From NCBI RefSeq assembly GCF_039533165.1, contig NZ_BAAATA010000012.1: a DNA stretch of 64,000 bases; one strand, given 5' to 3'. The notes under the pieces were generated by a model. It ran no database searches. It was not told where the DNA came from and saw only the letters and a list, made by a program, of their open reading frames with translations. The position numbers and the translations under genes are program-made. Source of the stretch: Streptomyces thermolineatus. Its GTDB lineage: Bacteria; Actinomycetota; Actinomycetes; Streptomycetales; Streptomycetaceae. This document shows positions 27,181-36,171 of this stretch, one piece after another. Positions within the stretch are counted from its first letter, which is position 1; every line of letters begins with the position of its first letter.

Positions 27181-29079
27181 GTGATCCTGGAGGACCGCCG
27201 GCCGGGCGGCCTGGAGGAAGGGAGCGCACAGGTGGCGTACGAGGTGTGGGCGCCGGAAGCGCGCCGGGTGGAGGTACGGATCGGCGGCGGCGCGGACAGC
27301 GGTGACGGCGGCAGCGGCGGCGGCAACGGCACAGACCATCCGATGCGGCCCGTCCCCGGCCGGGACGGCTGGTGGCGCTCGGCCGACGGCCTGCCGCGCG
27401 AGCACGGCACCCGGTACGCGTTCCGCCTCGACGGCGGCCCGCTGCGGCCCGACCCGCGCTCGCGCCGCCAGCCGGACGGCCCCGACGGGCCGAGCGCCGT
27501 CGTCGACCACTCCGCCTTCCCCTGGACCGACGCCGGCTGGACCGGGCGCCCCCTGGCCGGCGCCGTGCTGTACGAGCTGCACGTGGGCACCTTCACCCCC
27601 GAGGGCACCTTCGACGCGGCGGCCGGGCGGCTGGACCACCTGGTGCGCCTGGGCGTCACCCACGTGGAGCTGATGCCGGTGTGCTCCTTCCCGGGGGTGC
27701 ACGGCTGGGGGTACGACGGGGTGTCGCCGTGGGCGGTGCACGAGCCCTACGGCGGCCCGGACGGCCTCAAGCGCTTCGTGGACGCCGCCCACGCCGCCGG
27801 GCTGGCCGTCGTGCTGGACGTGGTGCACAACCACCTCGGCCCGTCCGGCAACCACCTCCCGGCCTTCGGCCCGTACTTCACCGACACCCACCACACCCCG
27901 TGGGGCTCGGCCGTCAACCTCGACGCCCCCGGCTCGGACGAGGTGCGCGCCTACCTGATCGGCAGCGCCCTGTCCTGGCTGCGCGACCACCACCTGGACG
28001 GCCTGCGGCTGGACGCCGTGCACGCCCTCGCCGACACCCGGGCGGTGCACTTCCTGGAGGAACTGTCGGCCGCCGTCGACGCCCTGTCCGCCTCCCTGGG
28101 CCGCCCGCTGGTGCTGATCGCCGAGTCCGACCGCAACGACCCGCGCACCACCGCCGCCCGCGAGGCCGGCGGCCTGGGCCTGCACGCCCAGTGGAACGAC
28201 GACTTCCACCACGCCCTGCACACCGCCCTGACCGGCGAGTCCCGCGGCTACTACGCGGACTTCGCCCGAGCGCCGATGGCCGCGCTGGCCCGCACCCTGA
28301 CCGGGGTGTGGTTCCACGACGGCTGCTTCTCCTCCTTCCGCGGCCGCGCCCACGGGCGCCCGGTGGACCGGCGCACCACCCCCGCCCACCGCTTCCTCGG
28401 CTACGCCCAGACCCACGACCAGGTCGGCAACCGGGCGGTCGGCGACCGGCTGTCCGCCTCCCTGCCGCCCGGCCTGCTCGCGGCGGGCGCGGCACTCGTC
28501 CTCACATCGCCGTTCACCCCGATGCTGTTCATGGGCGAGGAGTGGGGCGCCGGCACCCCGTGGCAGTTCTTCACCGACCACACCGACCCGGAGCTGGCCG
28601 AGGCGGTGCGGCGCGGCCGCAGGCGGGAGTTCGCGGCGCACGGCTGGTCCGAGGAGAACGTCCCCGACCCGCAGGACCCGGCCACCCGGGACCGCTCCTG
28701 CCTGGACTGGTCCGAGCCGGGGCGCGCCCCGCACGCCGGCCTGCTGGAGTGGCACCGCACCCTGCTCGCCCTGCGCCGCGCGCTCCCGGAGCTGACCGAC
28801 CCCGACCTGACGGCGGTGTCGGTGGACTTCGACGAGGCCGCCCGGTGGATCACCGTCCGACGCGGAGAGGTGCACACCGTCGTGAACCTCTCCGGCACGC
28901 CCGTCGGGATCCCCCTGCACGGACACGGCGGCGGGGACGCGGGAGGAGGCGGGACCGTCGAGCTGCTGGCCGCCTTCGCGGACTCCGGCGCGGACGTCCC
29001 CCCTCCCTCCCCCGGCGGGCCCCTGCGCCTGCCGCCCCGGTCCGCCGCCGTCCTGCGCCGACGGCCCGTCCTGCGCTGA
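27181..29079 (+). CDS. treZ: malto-oligosyltrehalose trehalohydrolase TreZ
   Basis: YEVWAPEARRVEVRI, GAVLYELHVGTFTPEGTF, GVTHVELMPV and VVLDVVHNHLGPSGN are present. The protein is 632 aa and uses a GTG start. Confidence 0.9.
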   Translation: MILEDRRPGGLEEGSAQVAYEVWAPEARRVEVRIGGGADSGDGGSGGGNGTDHPMRPVPGRDGWWRSADGLPREHGTRYAFRLDGGPLRPDPRSRRQPDGPDGPSAVVDHSAFPWTDAGWTGRPLAGAVLYELHVGTFTPEGTFDAAAGRLDHLVRLGVTHVELMPVCSFPGVHGWGYDGVSPWAVHEPYGGPDGLKRFVDAAHAAGLAVVLDVVHNHLGPSGNHLPAFGPYFTDTHHTPWGSAVNLDAPGSDEVRAYLIGSALSWLRDHHLDGLRLDAVHALADTRAVHFLEELSAAVDALSASLGRPLVLIAESDRNDPRTTAAREAGGLGLHAQWNDDFHHALHTALTGESRGYYADFARAPMAALARTLTGVWFHDGCFSSFRGRAHGRPVDRRTTPAHRFLGYAQTHDQVGNRAVGDRLSASLPPGLLAAGAALVLTSPFTPMLFMGEEWGAGTPWQFFTDHTDPELAEAVRRGRRREFAAHGWSEENVPDPQDPATRDRSCLDWSEPGRAPHAGLLEWHRTLLALRRALPELTDPDLTAVSVDFDEAARWITVRRGEVHTVVNLSGTPVGIPLHGHGGGDAGGGGTVELLAAFADSGADVPPPSPGGPLRLPPRSAAVLRRRPVLR

Positions 29080-29097
29080 CGGGCCCGGGCCCGTTTG
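29079..29097 (+). terminator. possible intrinsic terminator/hairpin after treZ
   Basis: The palindromic GC stem ACGGGCCCGGGCCCGT is followed by TTTGAC immediately after the treZ stop. Confidence 0.3.
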
Positions 29098-29100
29098 ACT

Positions 29101-29120
29101 TAGGTATTTAAACATACCTA
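29101..29120. promoter_or_regulatory. AT-rich palindrome (TAGGTAT-TTAAAC-ATACCTA), candidate MarR operator
   Basis: The 7-bp perfect inverted arms have a 6-bp spacer. They lie 12 bp upstream of the MarR ATG. The AT-richness is exceptional for this sequence. Confidence 0.5.
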
Positions 29121-29131
29121 TCTTGGAAAAC

Positions 29132-29605
29132 ATGTCCGACAGCAGTGCGTCCGAACAGCGCATCGACCGCGTGGCCTCCGAGCTCGCGGCGTGCCTGCCC
29201 GCACTGCACCGGGCCCTGGAGCGGCGGATCGCGGCGGAGTACCCCCACCCCAAGCCGCCCGAGGGGCAGCTCGCGCTGCTGCGGTTCGTCGAGCAGCACG
29301 AGGGCGCCACGGTCCGCGAGGCGGCCGAGGCTCTGCTGATGAAGCCCAACAACGTCAGCGCCCTGGTCTCCCAGCTCACGGAGCGCGGAGAACTGGAGCG
29401 CCGGCAGGACAGCGCCGACAAGCGGGTCGCCCACCTCCACACCACCGAGCTCTCGCGGCAGCGGATCGCCGAGGTGCGCGACCTCGAGGAGCACCACCTC
29501 GGCCGGGCACTGCTGTCCCTCACCGACGGCGAGACGGACGCGCTCGGTTCCGCCGTCGGGGCGCTGAAAGCGCTGACGCGCCACCTCCACCCCGCGACCC
29601 GCTGA
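29132..29605 (+). CDS. MarR family transcriptional regulator
   Basis: LALLRFVEQHEGATVREAAEALLMKPNNVSALVSQLTERGELERRQDSADKRVAHLHTTE is a winged-helix MarR core. A TTG at 29123 is an alternative start. Confidence 0.8.
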   Translation: MSDSSASEQRIDRVASELAACLPALHRALERRIAAEYPHPKPPEGQLALLRFVEQHEGATVREAAEALLMKPNNVSALVSQLTERGELERRQDSADKRVAHLHTTELSRQRIAEVRDLEEHHLGRALLSLTDGETDALGSAVGALKALTRHLHPATR

Positions 29606-29846
29606 CGACAGCGGGCCGCGGGCCCGCGCGCGTTCCCGCGCCGAAGCGCTCCGCACTCCGCGTTCCGCTTCCCCTTACTCCCCTTTCCTCCCCTCCCGAG
29701 GGCGGTCCTCGTCCGGACGGCCCTCGTTCGCGGTCCCCGCCCGCCCCGCCCCTCGCCGGCCGGGCGGACGACCGGGCCTGCCGTGGAACTGCCCACCACC
29801 CCGTGCAGTTCGTCCGTCCCCTTTCGAGAAAGAAACGGCTCTCTTC

Positions 29847-31460
29847 ATGGCGTCCACCGACGTGGATAACCCTGCCCCGGCCACGGCTGCCCCCGTGCCG
29901 TCGAAGTCCGCGCGCCGCCGGGCCAACCCCTGGCTCGCCCTGGCCGCGGTGTCGTTCGGCCTGCTCATGGTGCAGCTCGACGGCTCCGTCGTCGCCATCG
30001 CCAACCCGGCGATCGGCAAGAGCCTCGGGGCCGACACCGCGGAGCTGCAGTGGGTCACCAACTCCTACCTGCTCGCGCTCGCCGCCTCGATGATCCTCGG
30101 CGGCAAGCTCGGCGACCGGTTCGGCCGGCGCTTCCACTACCTCGCCGGAGTCGGCGGGTTCGTCGTCGCCTCGGTCGCCATCGGCCTGGTCGGCAGCATC
30201 GAGGGCGTGATCGCCTTCCGTGCCCTGCAGGGCCTGTGCGGCGGCATCCTGATGCCCAACACCCTGGGCATCCTGCGCGCCGTCTTCCCCCCGAAGAAGT
30301 TCGCGCTCGCGGTCGGCATCTGGGGCATGGTCTCGGCCGTCTCGACCTCGCTGGGCCCGATCGTCGGCGGCCTGCTCGTCGAGCACGTCAACTGGGAGTC
30401 GGTCTTCTACCTGAACGCGCCGATCGGTGTCGTCGCCCTGCTGTTCAGCGCGGCGGTCCTCGCGGAGTCGAAGAACTCCACCGGCCACCACCGCTTCGAC
30501 GTCCCCGGTGTCGTCCTGCTCGCCGCGGGCCTGCTCGCGCTCGTCCTCGGCATCGTCAAGGGCGAGACCTGGGGCTGGACCTCCGCCGGGACCCTCGGCT
30601 CCGTCGTCGCCGGCCTGGTGGTCCTGGTCCTCTTCGGGTGGTACGAGACCCGGCAGGAGCACCCGCTGCTGCCGATGCGCCTGTTCCGCAACCGGTCGCT
30701 GACCACCGGCGCGGTCATGACCCTGCTGAACTTCTTCGTGATGCTCGGCGGCATCTTCTTCATCATGCTGTACCTGCAGAACGTGCGCGGCTACACGCCG
30801 GTCGAGGCGGGCATCAGCACGCTGCCGATGTCGATCGCCTCGCTGTTCGCCTCCCCGATCGGCTCCCAGCTGACCGCCCGCTTCGGTCCGCGCGTCACGA
30901 TCCCGCTGGGCCTGGCCCTCTCGGCCGCCGCCATGTTCGGCATGCTCACCTGGACCGTCGACTCGTCCTACGCGACGATGTGGCCGCCGTACATCGCGAT
31001 GGGCCTCGGCGTCGGCATCGTGCTGCCCGCCACGGCCGCCGCGATCATCGGCAACGCGCCGGTCGAGGACGGCGGCACGGCCTCCGGCCTGCAGTCCACC
31101 ATGCTGCAGATCGGCGGTGCCCTCGGCACCTCCGTCCTCGTCACCGTGATCGCCGGCAAGGTCGGTTCCTCGCTGTTCGGCGAGCTCACCCGCGCGGGCG
31201 TCCCGGCCGCCACCGCCCACGGCCTGGAGAAGGCCGAGGACGCCGTCACGATGGGCATCGCCCCGGTCTCCCCCGACATGCCGGCGCAGCTCAGGGCCGC
31301 GGTCGTCGAAGGCAGCGGCCAGGCGTTCGTCAACGGCCTGCACTCCGCCGTCACCGTGACGGGGATCCTCTGCCTGATCGGTGCCGTGGTCGCCGTCCTC
31401 GGCATCAGGGGCCGCGCCGAGGAGGGGCAGGAGGACGTGGTGGTCGTCGCCGCCCACTGA
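29847..31460 (+). CDS. MFS transporter, DHA2/EmrB-QacA (14-TMS) drug efflux type
   Basis: The ORF is 537 aa with many hydrophobic segments. LGGKLGDRFGRR is the motif A-like sequence. It is paired with the upstream MarR. Confidence 0.85.
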   Translation: MASTDVDNPAPATAAPVPSKSARRRANPWLALAAVSFGLLMVQLDGSVVAIANPAIGKSLGADTAELQWVTNSYLLALAASMILGGKLGDRFGRRFHYLAGVGGFVVASVAIGLVGSIEGVIAFRALQGLCGGILMPNTLGILRAVFPPKKFALAVGIWGMVSAVSTSLGPIVGGLLVEHVNWESVFYLNAPIGVVALLFSAAVLAESKNSTGHHRFDVPGVVLLAAGLLALVLGIVKGETWGWTSAGTLGSVVAGLVVLVLFGWYETRQEHPLLPMRLFRNRSLTTGAVMTLLNFFVMLGGIFFIMLYLQNVRGYTPVEAGISTLPMSIASLFASPIGSQLTARFGPRVTIPLGLALSAAAMFGMLTWTVDSSYATMWPPYIAMGLGVGIVLPATAAAIIGNAPVEDGGTASGLQSTMLQIGGALGTSVLVTVIAGKVGSSLFGELTRAGVPAATAHGLEKAEDAVTMGIAPVSPDMPAQLRAAVVEGSGQAFVNGLHSAVTVTGILCLIGAVVAVLGIRGRAEEGQEDVVVVAAH

Positions 31461-31691
31461 GCGGACGCCCTCCCGCCGGTCCCGGCGTGCGGCGGCCGGA
31501 CAAAGGCCCCGTCCGCTGCCCCTCGCCGTGACCGGCGCCCGACTCCGCGCCCCGGGCCGGAACCCGGGGAGCGGAGCCGACGACGGGACGGGGCCGCAGG
31601 AGCCGAATCCGGTGGGCCGGCACCGAACCGCCGTGTACCGTGGCGCTCTTCGGGCGGCGCAGGCCCCCGGAGTCCCGAACGGGTGCCTCCG

Positions 31692-32537
31692 ATGCCCTTC
31701 CCCGACTCCCCCTTCTCCGACTCCCCCGTCCCCGGCTCCCCCGCCGACCGCGCCGCGGCCGGGGCCGCCGAGCGGGAACTGCGGGCCGCGGTCACGCACG
31801 TGGCCGAGGTCTTCGCCGGCACGGCCGCCCACCCCGACGAGAAGGGCTGCTCGTACTGCTGGCCGGAGGAGGAGATCGCCCTGCTCCGCGACCCCGACGC
31901 GGCTCTCCCCGACGAACTCGTCGGCGCGGTCGCCCGCGAGGTGGGCAGCCACTGGGACGACCACCCGGCGGTGGTCCGCCGGATCCTCCCGCGGCTCGTG
32001 GTCCTCATGGTCCGCGGGGAGGCGAACACCGTGGGCATGGAGGCGGCCCAACTGGCCCGGGCCGGCATACCGTCGTGGCCCCGGGAGGAGGCGGAGGCCG
32101 TCAGGCGGTTCCTCGACGCCTGGTGGACCGCGACCCTGCGGCACCCCGACCCGCCGACACCCGCGGCGGACGTGTTCGAGACCTGCGCCATGGTCTCCGG
32201 CACCTTCACCCCCTGGCTCGACCGGTGGGCGCGGGAGCGCGGCCCGGCTGCCGACGCGCACCTCGGGCTCGCGGTGGAGGAGTGGGAGGACGACCTCTCC
32301 GCCGACAGCGGCATCTGCAGCGGCTTCCACGTCCCCTGGGCGGGCGGCGAGGAGCCGGTCGACGAGCTGCGGTCCTGGACGGCGGCGCACGCACCGGGCC
32401 GGCTCCGTGCCCGCGGCGCCGACCCGGTGACCGTTCACCGCGTCGCACTGCTCGCCCTGCCCGCGGAGGAGCGCTGGGAGGAGCGGCACTGGCCCCCGCA
32501 CCTGTGGCAGGCCCTGCTCGGGGCCCGGAGCTCCTGA
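31692..32537 (+). CDS. hypothetical protein
   Basis: The 281-aa ORF shows codon-usage periodicity consistent with coding. No recognisable family is seen. A GTG at 31683 is an alternative start. Confidence 0.4.
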   Translation: MPFPDSPFSDSPVPGSPADRAAAGAAERELRAAVTHVAEVFAGTAAHPDEKGCSYCWPEEEIALLRDPDAALPDELVGAVAREVGSHWDDHPAVVRRILPRLVVLMVRGEANTVGMEAAQLARAGIPSWPREEAEAVRRFLDAWWTATLRHPDPPTPAADVFETCAMVSGTFTPWLDRWARERGPAADAHLGLAVEEWEDDLSADSGICSGFHVPWAGGEEPVDELRSWTAAHAPGRLRARGADPVTVHRVALLALPAEERWEERHWPPHLWQALLGARSS

Positions 32538-32622
32538 CGGAACGCGGTCCGCGGGCACGGCGCCGACGGACCGGCCGTGGCCGGCACGAGCGGGCACCCC
32601 GGGCCCCCGCGAGCCGCCGGCG

Positions 32623-33285
32623 TCAGCGGTTGCGCGGGGTCACCAGGCCGGATTCGTAGGCGAGGATCACGAGTTGGGCGCGGTCCCGGGCGCGGAGCTT
32701 GGCCATGGCCCGGTTGACGTGGGTCTTCGCGGTCGTCGGGCTGATCACCATGCGGTCGGCGATCCGGTCGTTGGACAGGCCCTGGGCGACCAGGGCGACG
32801 GCCTCGCGTTCGCGGGCCGTCAGTTCCTCCAGCTCCGGGACGGGACCGGCGTGGAGCGGCTGGGTGACGTACCGGTCGATCAGCTTGCGGGTGATCGACG
32901 GCGCGAGCAGGGCGTCGCCGCGCGCGGCGACGCGCACGGCGTGCAGGAAGTCCTCCGGCACGATGTCCTTGACGAGGAACCCGGCGGCTCCGGCGCGCAG
33001 CGCGTCGAAGACGTACTCGTCGAAGCCGTAGTTGGTGAGGATGACGACGTGCACCCCGGCCAGGGCCGGGTCCGCGGCGATGCGCCGGGTCGCCTCGATG
33101 CCGTCGACGACCGGCATCCGGATGTCGACGAGAGCGACGTCGGGCAGGTGCTCCTTCGCCAGGGCCAGCCCCTCCCGTCCGTCGGAGGCCTCGGCCACCA
33201 CCTCGATGTCGTCCTCGAGGTCGAGGAGCGCGCGGAATCCGCTGCGGATCAGCGGCTGGTCGTCGACCAGCAGGACCCGGATCAC
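32623..33285 (-). CDS. two-component response regulator, NarL/LuxR family
   Basis: MIRVLLVDDQPLIRSGFRALL...DVALVDIRMPVVDG is the receiver domain. The C-terminal LuxR HTH is LTAREREAVALVAQGLSNDRIADRMVISPTTAKTHV. Confidence 0.9.
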   Translation of the reverse strand: MIRVLLVDDQPLIRSGFRALLDLEDDIEVVAEASDGREGLALAKEHLPDVALVDIRMPVVDGIEATRRIAADPALAGVHVVILTNYGFDEYVFDALRAGAAGFLVKDIVPEDFLHAVRVAARGDALLAPSITRKLIDRYVTQPLHAGPVPELEELTAREREAVALVAQGLSNDRIADRMVISPTTAKTHVNRAMAKLRARDRAQLVILAYESGLVTPRNR

Positions 33286-34409
33286 GGTGTCCGGTCCACG
33301 GGGAGCTCGGCCTGCACGGTGAAGCCGCCCCCGCTGCGCGGTTCCGCGCGCAGGCGACCGCCGAGGGCCGTGACGCGTTCGCGCATCCCGAGCAGCCCGA
33401 CGCCGGGCACCGGCACGGCGTCCGGCGTGGCCCCGCCGTCGTCGTCGACGCGCACGGCGAGGGTGTCCGGACGGCAGTCGATCCGGACCGACGCCGTGGC
33501 GGCGCCGGCGTGGCGGGCGATGTTGGTGAGCGCCTCCTGGACGATCCGGTAGACGGTCCGGTCCACCGCGGCCGGCACGCCCTGTCGTTGCCCCTCGATC
33601 GTCAGCGTCGCGTCCAGTCCGATGCCGCGGGCCCCTTCCACCAGTTCCCGGACGTGGTCGAGCCCGCGCGGCGGGGCCGTGTCGTCGTCGCGCAGCGCCC
33701 CCAGGGTCGCGCGCAGCTCCCGGGTCGCCTCACGCCCGGCCCCCTGGATCGCCAACAGCGCCTCCGGCACCTGTTCGCCGCGCCTGCGGGCCACGTGGAC
33801 GGCGGCTTCGGCCTGCACCTTGATGATCGAGATCTGGTGGGTGAGCGAATCGTGCAGCTCCCGCGCGATGCGCAGCCGCTCCTCGTCGGCGCGGCGCCGC
33901 GCGGCCTCCTCCCGGGTGCGCTCGGCCTCGTCCGCCCGCCGCTCGGCCTGCCGCAGCGCTTCGCCCGCGGCGCCTGCCGCGACCAGCCAGGCCAGTTCGA
34001 GGGCGCCCCGGGCCCGCGCGAACGCCTCGCCCGTGTCGTGCAGGCCCGAGGCCAGGGCCGCGAGGGGGAGAACGGCGACCACGGCCACGCTCGCCACCAC
34101 CGCGGCGGTGCGGTGTCCCGCCCGTACGGCCGCGTACACCGCGAACAGGTAGGCGACGGCAGGCACGTCGAAACCGGCCGCCTGGTAGCCCGCCGCGCAC
34201 AGGCCGGTGACGGCCAGGACGGGAACCGGGGCCCGCCGGCGGGCCGCCAGCGACAGGCCGCCGGCCGTCAGCAGTACGGGGCCGAGCAGCCCGGCGTCCG
34301 TGGCGGAGCGCTGACCGGACAACCCCGTGACCAGCAGCGCCGTCGCCACGCAGACGGCGATCGCCCAGTCCCTGGCACCGGCCGGGACACCGGACAGTCC
34401 TGCACCCAT
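33282..34409 (-). CDS. sensor histidine kinase (HisKA_3/NarX-DesK type)
   Basis: The H-box is ARELHDSLTHQISIIKVQAEAA. An HATPase_c C-terminus and N-terminal TM segments are present. There is a 4-bp overlap with the response-regulator gene. Confidence 0.85.
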   Translation of the reverse strand: MGAGLSGVPAGARDWAIAVCVATALLVTGLSGQRSATDAGLLGPVLLTAGGLSLAARRRAPVPVLAVTGLCAAGYQAAGFDVPAVAYLFAVYAAVRAGHRTAAVVASVAVVAVLPLAALASGLHDTGEAFARARGALELAWLVAAGAAGEALRQAERRADEAERTREEAARRRADEERLRIARELHDSLTHQISIIKVQAEAAVHVARRRGEQVPEALLAIQGAGREATRELRATLGALRDDDTAPPRGLDHVRELVEGARGIGLDATLTIEGQRQGVPAAVDRTVYRIVQEALTNIARHAGAATASVRIDCRPDTLAVRVDDDGGATPDAVPVPGVGLLGMRERVTALGGRLRAEPRSGGGFTVQAELPVDRTP

Positions 34410-34637
34410 GCGCGCACCCTAGCCGGGTACGGCTGCGGGCGGGTCACGCTTGCGGACGATCGCGGGCTACCGCGCCCGCAGTACCTTCCCGGCGCCTGCG
34501 GCGTCCGCGGCATCCGGGTGCGCCGTCGGCGGCAGCGCGAAGTGCCTGCGCCCGGGGGACGACCGGCGGCGCGTCCGGCGCCATGATCGGGCCACATCCG
34601 AACCCCGGAAACGAGACGCCCGAAAGAGGAGAAGGAC

Positions 34638-35087
34638 ATGAGCCCGTCGAGAGTCCCGATGCCGGTCCGGCGTGTGCTTGCCGTGGCCGGAACCGCCCTG
34701 CTCGGGGTGTTCGTGCTCGCCGCGCCGGCGGCCGCGAACGCCTCGGTCCGGTCGGCCGCCGACGTGTACACCATGAGTTCCGGGCGGCTCGGGGCCGCCG
34801 CGGCCGCCGTGCTGGGGCTTGCCGGCGCGGTCGTCGGCGGGCTGGCCCTGGCCCGCCCCGCCGGTCGTTCCGGCACCGGGTCCGGGCGGCCCGGGGCCGT
34901 CGCGGCCCTGGCTGCGGGGCTGGTCGGCACGGCCCTCGGCGGGCTGGTCGTGGCCACGGCCGACGGCGGCCTCGGCACCGGCAACGGGCTGGGCGGGGGC
35001 GTCGTGGCCCTGGTGGTGGGGCTGATCGCAACGGCCCTCGGCGGGCTGGCCCTGGTCCGCTCCCGCCGCACCGCCCGGCAGCCGTAG
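34638..35087 (+). CDS. small membrane protein (DUF6223-like), Gly/Ala-rich TM helices
   Basis: The ORF is 149 aa with a strong GAGGAGAAGG RBS and three hydrophobic helices. Such proteins are commonly adjacent to HisKA_3 two-component systems in actinomycetes. Confidence 0.5.
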   Translation: MSPSRVPMPVRRVLAVAGTALLGVFVLAAPAAANASVRSAADVYTMSSGRLGAAAAAVLGLAGAVVGGLALARPAGRSGTGSGRPGAVAALAAGLVGTALGGLVVATADGGLGTGNGLGGGVVALVVGLIATALGGLALVRSRRTARQP

Positions 35088-35098
35088 TCCCGCACGCC

Positions 35099-35234
35099 GG
35101 AAGCCACCCGCGGGAAGCCGCCCGCGGGAAGCCGCCCGCGGGAAGCCGCCCGCGGGGGGCGCCGGAGCGCCGGGGCCGGCGCAGCCGTCGCCGGGCCGCA
35201 GCCGGGCCGTCGCCGGGCCGTCGCCGGGCCGGGG
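35099..35234. repeat. two short GC-rich tandem repeat arrays in convergent intergenic region
   Basis: A 14-bp unit GGAAGCCGCCCGCG x4 lies at 35099..35154. An ~11-bp unit CGCCGGGCCGT x3-4 lies at 35187..35234. Confidence 0.8.
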
Positions 35235-35294
35235 GCGTACCGGCGCGGCCCGGGCCGGGCCCGCGGCCCGCCCGGGTGCGCATCCGCCCGGGCG

Positions 35295-36041
35295 TCAGCC
35301 GCGCCCGGGGAAACGCCCCGCCAGGAACTGCTCGAACGTCACCTCGCCCACGGCCCGCTCCGGTGCCAGATGACCGCCGGCCCGGAACGCCCGGTAGGCC
35401 TTGCCTGCCAGGGGCACGTTCAGCAGGGGGCGGCGCCGGCCGCTCGCGCGCAGGTAGGCCCGGGCGAGCTCCGGGAGCGTACGGACCTCGGGCCCGCCCA
35501 TGTCCGGGACCCGCCCCGCGGGCTCCCCGGCGGCGAGCCCGGCCAGCCGGGCGGCGACCTCCGCCGCCTCGACCGGCTGGTCGGCAACCCCTGCCGGGAG
35601 CAGCACGACCGGCGGCTTCGCCAGCCCCTCCAGGACCTGCAGCACCAGGTCGTGGAACTGCGTCGCGCGCAGCACCGTCCAGCCGAGCCCCGACTCCTCG
35701 ATCATCCTCTCGACGGCGAGCTTGGTCCGGTAGTAGCCGAACGGCACCCGGTCGACGCCGACGATCGAGATGTACGCCAGGTGCCGCACCCCGGCCCGGC
35801 GGGACGCCTCGATCAGGTGGCGTGCCGCCAGGTCGTCGCCGCCGCGCGGCATGGTCGCGCAGTGCACGACGGTGTCCACGCCGTCGACGGCCGCGGCCAG
35901 GCCCGTGCCCTCGCGCAGGTCAACGGCGTACGGCCGGGAGTGCCGGCTCAGCACGCGCACCTCGTGCCCGTCCGCGCGCAGCCGCTCGGTGACGAGCCGG
36001 CCGAGCGTTCCGGTTCCGCCGGTCACCAGGATCGTGGTCAT
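35295..36041 (-). CDS. NAD(P)H-binding oxidoreductase (NmrA/atypical SDR family)
   Basis: MTTILVTGGTGTLGRLVTERLRADGHEVRVLSR is a Rossmann GxxGxxG motif. Confidence 0.7.
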   Translation of the reverse strand: MTTILVTGGTGTLGRLVTERLRADGHEVRVLSRHSRPYAVDLREGTGLAAAVDGVDTVVHCATMPRGGDDLAARHLIEASRRAGVRHLAYISIVGVDRVPFGYYRTKLAVERMIEESGLGWTVLRATQFHDLVLQVLEGLAKPPVVLLPAGVADQPVEAAEVAARLAGLAAGEPAGRVPDMGGPEVRTLPELARAYLRASGRRRPLLNVPLAGKAYRAFRAGGHLAPERAVGEVTFEQFLAGRFPGRG

Positions 36042-36171
36042 CGCAGTCGCCGTCCCTTCGACGGGCGCGCTCCCCAATGGAGCGCGCCTCGTCCAAGGAG
36101 ACCGGCTGGCGGGCGGAAGTGTGACGGCCTCCTCGTGGCCGCCTCATGACCGCGCCCGCGCCCGTGCCGGG

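Noticed and set aside
23353-29799. 2148-aa minus-strand ORF spanning the STAND NTPase, PBP-like gene and treZ
   Set aside because: It is Ala/Arg/Gly/Pro-rich low-complexity antisense to three well-supported plus-strand genes. This is a typical open-frame artefact of >70% GC DNA.
31381-32659. Multiple overlapping 250-350-aa ORFs around the hypothetical gene at 31692..32537
   Set aside because: They are Arg/Pro/Gly-rich artefactual frames. Only the 31692..32537 frame has a balanced, globular-looking composition.
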